Of a stretch of 64,000 nt of DNA, positions 1 to 11,069 are shown piece by piece. The number at the start of each line of letters is the position of its first letter. Positions within the stretch are counted from its first letter, which is position 1. The notes under the pieces are model-generated. The model ran no database searches and was not told the DNA's origin. It saw only the letters and a program-made list of their open reading frames with translations. A program made the translations under genes and the position numbers. The DNA is from Octopus bimaculoides (Eukaryota). The stretch spans positions 85,563,814-85,627,813 of the forward strand of contig NC_068987.1 of the NCBI RefSeq assembly GCF_001194135.2, given 5' to 3'.

Positions 1-109
1 CTGGTCTCACATTTTGATACAAGGCCAGTAATTCTGGGGGAAGGGTAAGTCGATTAAACCGACGCCAGTGCTCGACTGGTACTTATTTTATCGACCCCGG
101 CATGCAAAT

Positions 110-430
110 GTAGGTGTATGTGTGTGTGATGGTGTGTGTGTGTTGGTGTGTGCGTGTGTATTGGCGTGTGTGTGTTGGTGTATGTGTGTGTTGGTGTGTG
201 TGTGTGTGTGTGTGTGTTGGTGTTTGAGTGTGTTGGTGTGTGTGTGTGTGTGTGTGTGCTGATATATTTGTGTGTGTTGATGTATGCGTGTGTTGGTGTA
301 TGTATATGTTGATGTGTATGTGTGTGTTGATGTGTATGTGTGTGTACTTGTGTATGTGTGTATTGGTGTATGTGTGTGTTGGTGTGTGCGTGAATGTGTT
401 TGTTTGTGTGGGTGTGCACGTGAATGCGTG
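110..430. repeat. Imperfect (TG)n microsatellite
   Basis: Directly visible. Confidence 0.95.
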
Positions 431-910
431 TGCTTATCTCCATTTCGGCTTGACAACCATTGTTGGTTCGTTTACGTTCTCGTCACATTAACATTTGTGC
501 CGAAGACATCGCTAGAATAACTAACAGACTTTCACAAACAGGTGTTACGGTCGATTTGTTCCATTAAAGCCCCTTGATTCAGTGCTTCTGCATGGCCACA
601 ACGCTGATTGCTTATTGCACGTATCTAAAAACGAAGGAGATATTCGACAAGATTGAGTAATAAAATGTGAATATGAAATGTGAATATAAAATGTGAATAT
701 AATAAGTAATTTTACTGCGTTAGCTTGTGTTCTGATACATATCATATTCTCTGTTCTTTCCTTTTAATAATACATGTGCAGGTGGTGTTTGTAGAAGGCA
801 GTTTGTGATAGGTGACACTGCACCAGAGAAGGTTGATGATCTTTGACCTGAAGGTTAGATCTCAAGGTTGAATCATCGGTACACCCATGAACTCATATAT
901 CCGCATATAT

Positions 911-965
<55 letters not shown>

Positions 966-1349
966 CATATACTTAAATTATAATACTTAAATTATTATAC
1001 ATTTTGTAGAAATCTTCTCTATTGAAGTTTATACATATATAGTTTTAGTGATTAGGCTATCTTTATTCCTTTTCTATGGATTCCCAGACCGGGCGTTGTG
1101 AGTGTTTATTGAGCGAAAACACATAAAGATCCACGAGGCTCCGGCAGGGGATGGTGGCGAACCCTGCTGTACTCTTTCACCACAACCTTCTCTCCTTCTT
1201 GTTCTTGTTGTGCCTAATTTTATACCTAATGATGATGATGATGATGATGATGATGATGTATGCGTATATATATGTGTGTGCGATTGTGTACGTATTTTTT
1301 CCCTCCTTTTTTCCCCTCCTTGTTTCTCTCCTTGTTTCTTTCCGTGTTC

Positions 1350-1384
1350 CTTTCTGTAGAAGAGCGTAGGCTCGAAACGTTAAA
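1350..1384 (+). ncRNA. Family E hammerhead-like motif (variant core CTGTAGA), Penelope-type tail
   Basis: cttt-CTGTAGA-a-gagc(gtag)gctc-GAAA-CGT-T-aaa, then an N gap. Homologs at 29050-29085 and 57148-57183. Confidence 0.45.
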
Positions 1385-3232
1385 NNNNNNNNNNNNNNNN
1401 NNNNNNNNNNNNNNNNNNNNNNNNNNNNNNNNNNNNNNNNNNNNNNNNNNNNNNNNNNNNNNNNNNNNNNNNNNNNNNNNNNNNNNNNNNNNNNNNNNNN
1501 NNNNNNNNNNNNNNNNNNNNNNNNNNNNNNNNNNNNNNNNNNNNNNNNNNNNNNNNNNNNNNNNNNNNNNNNNNNNNNNNNNNNNNNNNNNNNNNNNNNN
1601 NNNNNNNNNNNNNNNNNNNNNNNNNNNNNNNNNNNNNNNNNNNNNNNNNNNNNNNNNNNNNNNNNNNNNNNNNNNNNNNNNNNNNNNNNNNNNNNNNNNN
1701 NNNNNNNNNNNNNNNNNNNNNNNNNNNNNNNNNNNNNNNNNNNNNNNNNNNNNNNNNNNNNNNNNNNNNNNNNNNNNNNNNNNNNNNNNNNNNNNNNNNN
1801 NNNNNNNNNNNNNNNNNNNNNNNNNNNNNNNNNNNNNNNNNNNNNNNNNNNNNNNNNNNNNNNNNNNNNNNNNNNNNNNNNNNNNNNNNNNNNNNNNNNN
1901 NNNNNNNNNTATATATATAGATAGATAGATAGGTAGATAGATAGATAGATAGATAGATAGATTTAGATCTAGATATACAACACACATACATATATATATT
2001 CTAAAATCTATCATTATCCGGCAGATGTAACAAAGTGACTCAATGGCACGAGTCATACCTGAATGTGTAAATATGTATAAATGCATTTTCGTATGCATAC
2101 ATATTCGGTAAATTTGCATCTTCATTCCGACGGACAAAATGAGTCGCGTCACATGATCCAGCTGCCTGCGGTCAGAGTTCAATTTCCGCCGAGGGCAGCA
2201 TTACCTTTCATCAGTTCAGAATCGATAAAGTAGCAATCTATAGCAACAGATTGAGGTAACTGTAAGGACGTCGGACTTGATACCTTTTCATATTTATTTT
2301 GAGTTTAAATCCCACCGTGGTCTGCATACATGGTGGAATAAACCTGCTGTCAAGTTTGATAGCATTACCTGTCACGATGGTTGTCTTTAGTGGAATTCAC
2401 TTTGTCACAAGTAATCAGGACTGGTTTCCAGTTTGTGTATAACTTCCTCCATCATTCAACGAAACACAGAAACACTGTAACGGGCATTGAGCACTGCTTT
2501 CTTCGTGGAAACTATTTCTATGCTTGTTTCAGTATTGTACTACGCCTCTAGTTTTTTTTTTTCTCCACTGTTTTCGTGGGTAATTTTGTATAGATGATTT
2601 GTTTCCTTATAATAGTTCAACAATTTTCAGTGTTTTGTGTGGTCATGCGCATTGTAATTGCTCTGTGTTGTAAGTGTAAGGTTAATAATTACAAATACCC
2701 ATGTGCACGCGCACCCACGCATATATAAATATAAAATTAAGTGTGACTTCGAGGTATCGCCGGTCGTAGCTGCATTAGAATGTGAAATCCTTATTCGGTT
2801 CGCCAATTGCTTTTGGCTCATCTTTTTGATGGTTTTTCAAGTTTGTTAATTAGTTGTAGCTTAATATTGTAATACTGACTTATAAGTAATATCGTTGAAC
2901 CTAATTCCAAAGCACTTATATAAGACGAACAATAAATTCAACAAATATTTGATAGGAAATGAATTAGCTTATAAAAATCAAAATAAAATATTACGCATAT
3001 ATTTTGATTCAAGAGAAGGAAATATTCAAGCATTTAAAAAAATTCCGAAGAGGCATGTTGATGATCGTTATCGCTTGGTCACAAATCACATGACCAGACA
3101 GACAACTGTCAATCGTTTGCTCGAATCAGTTCTTGCGATGGGTAAAAAAACACTAAAACAGAAGAAATCATACAGTTCTATATTTAAGAGATGTGGAATT
3201 ATGTACATTATTTACATTATTGACATTTGACG

Positions 3233-3512
3233 GGCATATGGCGTAGTGGTTAAGAACGCGGGTTACTGACCCCAAGATTCCGAGTTCAATTCCAGGCAGT
3301 GACCTAAATAATAATAATAATTATGAGAAGAAGAAGAAGAAAAAAAAAGAAGAATAGTAACAATCTCAACATCGAAAAATACCTTAGGAATGAGAACCCA
3401 GGTTCGAAATTTCCCCAAGGCACCTGATGAAGGCTGGAGAGTATATCAGCCGAAACGTTGTGTTAACAAAAAATAAGATGAAAACAAGTATCCGTCAAAT
3501 GTAAATAATGTA
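3233..3512 (+). mobile_element. Family C tRNA-derived SINE with Penelope-type hammerhead tail (locus 1), preceded by an inverted copy of its tail at 3204-3233
   Basis: A box TGGCGTAGTGG, B box GAGTTCAATTCC, (AAT)n linker, body, hammerhead motif, tail ccgtcaaatgtaaataatgta. Confidence 0.85.
3419..3464 (+). ncRNA. Minimal type I hammerhead ribozyme motif (best-preserved copy)
   Basis: ggcac-CTGATGA-a-ggctg(gagagtatat)cagcc-GAAA-CGT-T-gtgtt. Stems I and II pair, stem III is palindromic ACGT, predicted cut after 3459. Activity untested. Confidence 0.6.
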
Positions 3513-3599
3513 GAAGAAATCCTCACTGACCAATGAGAGGGGAGAGACAAACAACCTAAAAATATATCAGCTTGTCTTATTGAACTCAACGAATGCTTT

Positions 3600-3810
3600 A
3601 TATTCGTTTCAAATTTTGGCACAATGTCAGCTATTTCGGGGAAGTTGGTTGATGGTTGAGTCGATTACATCAACTGGTACTTATTTTATCGACTCCGAAA
3701 AGATGAGAGACAAAATCAACCTCAGCAGAATTTGGAATCAGAATATGAAGACGGAAGAAATGCGGCTAAGCATTTTATCCGGCGTTCTAATGATTCTGGC
3801 AGCCCGCTGC
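3600..3810 (-). mobile_element. Family A tRNA-derived SINE
   Basis: Matches other copies (ctggtacttattttatcgac...tttgaactcagaacgta...ttctgccagc). Confidence 0.7.
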
Positions 3811-4004
3811 CTTGTAAAGATATATACACACATACAACAGGCTTCAGTACAGTTACTGTCTAGCAAATTCATTCGCAAGGTATTGGTGGGCTTGGTGCTG
3901 CGCAGTCGGAATGAACCCGAAACTACGTGGTCAGAAAGTGAGCTTTTTAACCATACAGCCATGTATATATGTGTGTGTACGCACACCATATGTTGACTTT
4001 AAAT

Positions 4005-4435
4005 TGTAGCACGAGGCCAGCAGTTTGGGGAGGAGGTTAGTCGATTACATCGACCCCAGTGCTAGACTGGTACTTATATTATCGATCCCGAAAGGATGAG
4101 AAGCAAAGTTGATCTCGGTGGAATTTGAGCTCAAAACGAAGCGACAGACGAAATGCTACTAAGCATCGTGCCCGGCGTGCTAACGATTCTTATTTCTTAT
4201 TTCTTTATTGCCCACAAGGGGCTAAACATAAAGGGGACAAACAAGGACAGACAAAGGGACTAAGTCGATTACATCGACCCCAGTAGTAACTGGTACTTAA
4301 TTTATCGACCCCGTATGGATGAAAGGCAAAGTCGTCCTCGGCGGAATTAGAACTCAGAACGTAACGGCAGACGAAAACATTTCGCCCGGAGGGGTATCGC
4401 TTCTGCCAGCTCGCCGCCTAACGATTCTACCACCT
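4005..4435 (-). mobile_element. Family A SINE with a younger family A copy (4191-4418) inserted into it
   Basis: Direct repeat taacgattct at 4181-4190 and 4419-4428. B box gagttc(t/a)aattcc. Confidence 0.8.
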
Positions 4436-5934
4436 TGTCACATTTACGCACACCAAATATTCGTCATGATTTCTTACTGATGTCAACTTTCTAATTTTCA
4501 AATTAACTGTAAGAATGAAATAATTCCAGACTTACTTAATAAAAGAATGTAAATTCAGCCTAACATTAAAATTTAGAAATAATACATTTCTAAAGAATTA
4601 TTATATGTTTACAAGAGCTTGGCAGGCTTCTTCGACTAGCAGGTCATGCTACTCCACACTGATGGCAAACAAAGACTCAGAAACATGTCTCTGGATGCAG
4701 GCTTAGCTAGATGGAGGTGCATGTCTCCCCCTTGTAGACATAAGGACACAGGAAATGTGTCAAGGCCGACAGGAAGCGGTGCAGCTTCCTAGGTCTAACC
4801 AACAGTAGTATTATTCCTTTCAAGGGACTGTCACATTAAGTTGACAGTATACAACTACTTTATCATTAAAATGTTTAATATTTTGCATCATAATATTGTC
4901 TGACCGTTCGGCACGAAGAATATTAGCAACAAATAAATCCCATGTAATAACTCTCTTTCCAAAACTTATAACTTGCGCTATTACCTCAGTCTAGTGGCCT
5001 GAACTTAACCATATACGGCATAGCTGCTATTCTAAAATGAAAATTGTCCGTCTTATTGTATACATCAATCACCACAGATTTATTAAAAATCTCAACCGTA
5101 ATATCCAGATAAATAGTCTTATACTTACATCCTTACAGCTTTGACTAGCCTTCAAATCACCTTAGATAAACGTTACAGAAGTTTTAAGAAAAATAACAAT
5201 GCAATAAAAATATACTCTATATAAAACAACTACTTAAGTTGCCTAAGAAAACCAAACTTCTTTGTTTTCCATTAGTCACTAAAATAAACTTACACGGCGC
5301 AAAATGCACATGAGCTAAAAAATGTTCTACAATTAGCCATAAAATCTTGTTGCCTATACACGTACACTTACACACCAGTTGGATATAATTCTTTTACTAT
5401 AAATAAATACAATATCTCGAAGAAAAATCTATTAATTTTTTATCATCTTGCAGCCACACATCAGCCTTACCTTTCGGATTTCATAAAAAGAAGTTTGCAT
5501 TGAAATAGTTTTGCATAAAATGTATTCAGCTTTTTTTTGTCATTGGATGTGGTTTATGTAGTTCTCATTTGGTGATTTAGTGTAATAGTTAAGATAACTC
5601 TTGATAATATCTACATTATTTCATGCTCTATACGCACACACAAAAGCGACAGTTTCTTCTTATATAGCGTTTCTTTGGTGGGTTAAATTGTCTGTGATAT
5701 TTTGTTGTTCAACCTTTTTACACGATAACTCATTTTGAATGAGTATTCGGACTGATGAAACGTGTAAGTAAAAATGTTAATTAAAAAAATCAATCATAAT
5801 TTACCATGTTAGAAACAATTTCTGATGTTTGAGTTAATTAAAGCGAGATCTATTTTATGGCAGTAATATATATATTCTGATTTTCTAGACATCTTTCCTA
5901 ATCACCTTTCGTCTGAGGGCCTCTTTATTGTCGA

Positions 5935-6515
5935 CAAGTGGGATAAGCACCGCCCTGAAGCTGTAACTGAAGGAGAAAATGTAACGATGCTTTGGAACTT
6001 TCTAGTATATACAGACAGAAACATCACAGCTAATAAACCGGACATTGTTGTGAAAGACCAAACCAATAAAGTTTGCTTATTGATCGACTTAAGTATTCCT
6101 TGCGATCATAATATTTCGGCAAAAAAATTTGGCAAGTTCAGAAAACATAAAGATTTGCTCATTGAAATTGAAAAAATGTGACCTCTCCAGGTGGTTACGA
6201 TACCAGTGAATGCAGGAGCACTTGGAATGATGAAAATGGAGCTGAAAATTCTTCGAAAGTGATCCTTGGCTTACTATCAATGCAAGAAGTGCAAAAGATT
6301 GTTTTAACTACTATTCACACGTACTGATAACATTGTCGCTGTGAGAACGATTACCACACATGTAATCTTTCTCCCCATAACGTAATTTCATATTGAAAGT
6401 GAACAACCTGGTGTGTTTAATTTAATGACTTATCAATGTATATAGTGAGTTTCTTTGCCGTAGATATCGGGAAGACACTCGACAAGAAATGGAAAAAAAT
6501 AGAAAGAAGAAAAAC
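5935..6515 (+). mobile_element. 3' fragment of an RLE-type non-LTR retrotransposon (R4/Dong-like), piece 1
   Basis: LWNFLVYTDRNITANKPDIVVKDQTNKVCLLIDLSIPCDHNISAK...EIEKM*...IPVNAGALG is a PD-(D/E)xK restriction-like endonuclease end, followed by an A-rich tail. Confidence 0.8.
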
Positions 6516-6777
6516 TAGATGAAGATAGTGACAATTATTGTTGGGTCCTTGGGGACAGCATCAGAAGGCATCAAGAGGAATATGAAGGGAATCGGAATAG
6601 AATGCCCGGTAGAACTGTTATAAAAGGTTTGTATCCATGTCACGGCTAGAATAATCAGGCAAGTACTAGATAGTTAGAAAGAATATAGCATAGTACTGTA
6701 GGCTGCATGTAGCAAGCCCGCTACGCATGCAAGGCTCCTGGAGTTCCAACAAAATCTGAGTTACAAAGAAAAAAAAT
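6516..6777 (+). mobile_element. 3' fragment of an RLE-type non-LTR retrotransposon, piece 2
   Basis: KIVTIIVGSLGTASEGIKRNMKGIGIECPVELL*KVCIHVTARIIRQVLDS*, then a UTR and an A tail at ~6766-6777. Confidence 0.75.
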
Positions 6778-6781
6778 CTCA

Positions 6782-7235
6782 GCAGTTACCACTGACGTGG
6801 AATATTCTGAGCTACACAGATAAGAAGATACAAAATAACTGACTAGACATCACTCTCCTACGGAAGGAGTCCGAAGAAGGGACCTTCATCGCTGTAGCTA
6901 TTTCTGCTGACCAGAATTTTGTGAGGACAGAACAAGAAAGTTGTGGTGTACAAAACCCTCGTATTGTAAGTGAAACGCAACCACAGAGTCTCAAAAAGTG
7001 AGTGCGGCATCTATTGTGATTAGTGTGCTTGGGACCATCTCAAAGAAGGCAATATTCTGGCATGGAAAGCTGCAAATACCAAACTTCATAGGACATACAT
7101 ATTTGGTACCCAAACTCAGAACAGCACATGCGTTGAAGGAAGTGTTGCGTCTCTAAGCTGCCGGAAAGAGGTGAGAAGTGGCATGGGGGTAACACAGGGA
7201 ACGAAAGAATAATGGAAATAAAGAATAACAGCAGC
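6782..7235 (+). mobile_element. 3' fragment of an RLE-type non-LTR retrotransposon, piece 3
   Basis: TWNILSYTDKKIQNN*LDITLL...AVAISADQN...SIVISVLGTISKK...TAHALKEVLRL*. Degenerate. Confidence 0.7.
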
Positions 7236-7249
7236 AGCAACAACAACGG

Positions 7250-7296
<47 letters not shown>

Positions 7297-7321
7297 TTAT
7301 TATTATTATTATTATTATTAT

Positions 7322-7372
<51 letters not shown>
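7250..7372. repeat. Compound microsatellite (TAC)~15(TAT)~9(GTA)~16
   Basis: Directly visible. The outer blocks are reverse complements. Confidence 0.95.
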
Positions 7373-7373
<1 letters not shown>

Positions 7374-7581
7374 TTTTTAAACGAGGATATGACCAGAAAT
7401 GTGGGGAAGAGGGTAACCGATAATAATTTTGACTCAGAATTCAACTCTTTAAACCAGACGTTATTTTATCAATTTCAACATCGCGGAAAACAAATTCGAT
7501 TTCGTTTCGATGGTAACTTAGAACTTAAAGGGCAATCCTTCATGTCACATTATTTTCATATTTGTCATTTGTAGTAGTATC

Positions 7582-7628
<47 letters not shown>

Positions 7629-7787
7629 TCTCTCTCTCCCTCTCTCTCTCTCCCCCTCTCTCTCTTTCTTTCTCTCTCCTGCTTCTCTCTCTATGTGTGT
7701 GTATATATATTTCGGTGCGAATGATTTTTTTATACGGCACCGTTTTTACAATCCTCTAAATAATAATATTGCTGATCNNNNNNNNNN

Positions 7788-7857
<70 letters not shown>

Positions 7858-8109
7858 TGTATGTATGTATATGTACATATATGTATCCTGCATGAGGAAT
7901 TTAAGCGTGCTGCTCGAAAGCGCACTGCTAGTGTAGTGAATGGGGAAAGCTTGGTTCGCAATGTTTTCAGTCGTGTATGCTTGTCAAGAGCAAAGCCCAT
8001 GGACCACTAACGAAACTGCAAATGCAAAGTATGTTAGTCCTAGAGCGCACAATATTCCTAAAGGTGAGCAATGGCCAAACCTCGGTTACAAGTGGACGGC
8101 CATCATCAT

Positions 8110-9326
8110 ATAGAGTTGACCATAATATCCTACTGTCAAAGTTGACAAATGTTGGAATCCGTGGAAAACTTCTACATTGGATTGAGTATTTCCTGGTGAA
8201 CAGAACACATGTTGTGGTCGATGGAATCCACTCAAACCCAGGAAAATTCACCAGTGGTGTCCCTCAGGGGACTGTCTTGGTCCCGCTCCATTTTATAATC
8301 TATATAAACGACCTTTCCAGCGTCAAAAAACACAGCAAAGAAAAAATATTCGCTGATGACTCTAAGCTCCAAAAAATTATCAATGAAGACCGAACTCACA
8401 TTCAGTCTGATCTACATGTTGTGAGTCAATGGGCAGGCAAAAGCAAAATACAACTAAACGAGGGAAAATTTGAGCTGATGCACTTTTGAGAAAGTCTATG
8501 CTAAAACTGCCAAACACTCTTCCTTCAGGGGACCCTCTCACAGCATCTAATAACATCAGAGACCTTGGAGTTATTGTTAATAACAATCTAGTTGGTGTGC
8601 CTACATCAACAATAAAGTCGACATAGCTCGTAGGATGAGTTCCGGATCCTAAGAACCTTCCGCTCCAGAGAACAAGGTATCATCATTCCACTTTTCTTCT
8701 CCTTTGTATGGCGACACCTTGAATGCTGCTGCTCGCTGTGGTCACCCCATACAAAACAAAACAACTCGAAAATTGAACCACCTCAGAGGTCATTCCCTAA
8801 AAGAATTAAGGACATGACTGATCTCGATTACTGGGACCGCCTTAAAGCATTGAAACTATTCTCTCCAGCGCCGCCGTGAGCGATACATCATTTGCAGAAT
8901 GTGGACAATATATCACCAGCATTGCACAAACGACCTCAACATTAGCTTCAAAATTCATCTAAGGCTAGGACCATTGGACATACGTCCCCTACCCAATTAA
9001 GGATCACAACGCTTAAATACACTGCAACACAATTTGTTTTCCTCAACAGGCCCTGCCCTATTTAACATAGTCCCGAAACAGATCAAAGAGGAAAAGGATC
9101 CCATTACCTTTAAACAACGGAATCTGGACATTTTTCTTCAAAGAATACCAGATAAGCCACTTATACCTGGATACAACTCACTCAGCAAGAACTCCCTACT
9201 CGAATGGACCACGATACCACAAACTTGACTTTAATAGGATCTAGATAATACTATCAGGTTGTGCTATTAAGTTAGACATGGTCTGGACCAATCTTTGGTC
9301 GAAGCATATCTAAGTTATCTAAGTTT
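8110..9326 (+). mobile_element. 5'-truncated CR1/Jockey-group LINE (RT C-terminal half plus 3' end), frameshifted
   Basis: VDHNILLSKL...SGVPQGTVLVPLHFIIYINDL...FADDSKL, frameshift near 8487, then RDLGVIV...LQRRRERY...FNIVPKQIK...DIFLQRIPDKP. Ends in a taagttatc repeat. Confidence 0.88.
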
Positions 9327-9544
9327 ATACAAATATATATATATATATATGAAACGCCACTGGAATGATTTGAACCAAGAAGGTATTTCCTAGTGAGTAT
9401 CGATAGTGAATTTACGACACACTTCATAGAGAAATTTCAATACATTGATGTCGTCTGCTTCTGAAAGTTGGTAATATAATCATTTATTGTATGATTACTT
9501 TTACTTGCAATGAGTTTTGTTCAGTAAACGAGGAACCGGGTCTT

Positions 9545-9915
9545 CGGACGTCCGTGCTTTTTAATGGCTATTAATGTTGTCGATGGTGATCACGATTCTT
9601 TAAAATAGATATTAATTCGTAAGAAATGTTCACATGTTCATTGGTTATTTACGGTGTAAGATGTGTTCATGCTTTTTAATGAGTATTAATGACGAAAGCC
9701 ATGTCCAAGGATTTTTAATGGGATTATTTTCACCAGCGATAACAAAGCTTTTTTATTGAGCAGCATGAACATGGTTTTAAATGGCATGTAATGTCGGAAG
9801 TAAGATTCATGCTTTTTCTTAATGAGAAATTATGTCGCCAATGATGTCCATGCATATTTTAATGGGCATTAATATTATAAACGAGGTTCGGGCTTGTTTA
9901 ATGTCGTAAACGATG
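9545..9915. repeat. Degenerate ~37-39 bp minisatellite, ~10 units
   Basis: Recurring GTTCATGCTTTTTAATGRGYATTAATG-like unit, aligned by eye. Confidence 0.6.
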
Positions 9916-9976
9916 TAAATCGAAACACTGTTGAATGGGAGTTTAATATTCTACAACGCGTGTTGTTATTTTTCAC

Positions 9977-9982
9977 TTTATT
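9977..9982 (-). promoter_or_regulatory. Candidate poly(A) signal AATAAA for the SLC6 transcript
   Basis: AATAAA ~650 nt after the stop, followed by CA dinucleotides. Other AATAAA hexamers exist in this AT-rich UTR, so the assignment is weak. Confidence 0.25.
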
Positions 9983-10636
9983 AATACAATAACAAATGAT
10001 TTATTTAGAAGTCTTTAAAAAAAAAATGACTATAGATTTACAAAGACTAAAAATAAATTATACAGAAGTTCAAAAGTAAATGAAACAATAAATAACAGAT
10101 TATAAAGTAAAATAGAAAATACAAAATGAAACACGGAAATGCATTGTGAGTTAATGAGTGATCAAGATAGATTTTTATGGATGCTTCTTGTTTACATGAA
10201 TATTTATTTCGTTTTAAACTTTCACACTTCGAACTTAATTCCACGCAACGCACCCGGTGACTCATTCTTTCTCTTCCCTCATTTTCTCTTTCTCTCTCTC
10301 ACACATACACACTCTTTCTCACTCTCTCTCTCTCACAGACACACACTACATGATCTTTGTCTCTAACTCTCTTTCTCACTCTCATATCTACATCTCTTTT
10401 GCTCCCTCTCTCTCGCACTCGCTCTGCTTCCGGTTGTTTTACTTCATTTCACCTTCTGTCGTTTGTGATTATATGAAATCTCAGAATCAACGTATCGTTT
10501 TATGTTGTTGTTGTTTATTTTTTCCCTTTCATTGTTTATAAACTGTCAAATTGTATTTGTATCATATTGTGATTCTGTACTGTCTATTTATTCACTTTGT
10601 TATTTCTTTTTTTAAATATTGTATTTGTTCTGAGAA

Positions 10637-10951
10637 TCACAATATCGATTCCGATTTGACCACGTTACTTTTTGTGTTCAGATTGATATCATTAGCAGTA
10701 GGTAATGTCACAGAGCTAGCAGCATTGTTAAATGAAGTCATTGAACCACTGACAGAGTTCGGAACGTAAGAATTGATGGTAGACAAACTGCTAGCGTGCT
10801 GAACGGCGTTAGCTAATCCATTAACACTAGACGATTCGGGTAGGCATTGTATCTTGTGAATCCCAAGTGAATCCGCACTGTAACGTTCGATTCGGTCCTC
10901 TTTGCGGGCCGGGCCCCAGTCAGGTGAAGGCCGCATGTTTAATTTCAGCAT
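10637..10951 (-). CDS. SLC6 terminal coding exon: MLKLNMRPSPDWGPARKEDR...KSESIL*
   Basis: Acceptor tctatatttcag, phase 0. The PxxDWGPA motif is typical of SLC6 C-termini. Open to the stop at 10637-10639. Confidence 0.92.
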   Translation of the reverse strand: MLKLNMRPSPDWGPARKEDRIERYSADSLGIHKIQCLPESSSVNGLANAVQHASSLSTINSYVPNSVSGSMTSFNNAASSVTLPTANDINLNTKSNVVKSESIL

Positions 10952-11069
10952 CTGAAATATAGACAAAAAATATATGTGATAATTAAACCAGATATGAATT
11001 CGAACGGTTGAGTACGATGATCAATAAAAAAAAAAACAAAAAAAAAACACACACACACATTGAGTGCAT

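Noticed and set aside
54-520. His/Thr- and Cys/Val-rich ORFs
   Set aside because: Translations of a (TG)n microsatellite.
2895-3230. 111-aa plus ORF
   Set aside because: TTG start. Faint resemblance to LINE post-RT sequence (ILRIYFDS), too weak to call.
3233-3305. tRNA gene calls for SINE heads (also 17170, 62158, 26100)
   Set aside because: A/B boxes are present, but there is no acceptor stem and the sequence continues into the SINE body.
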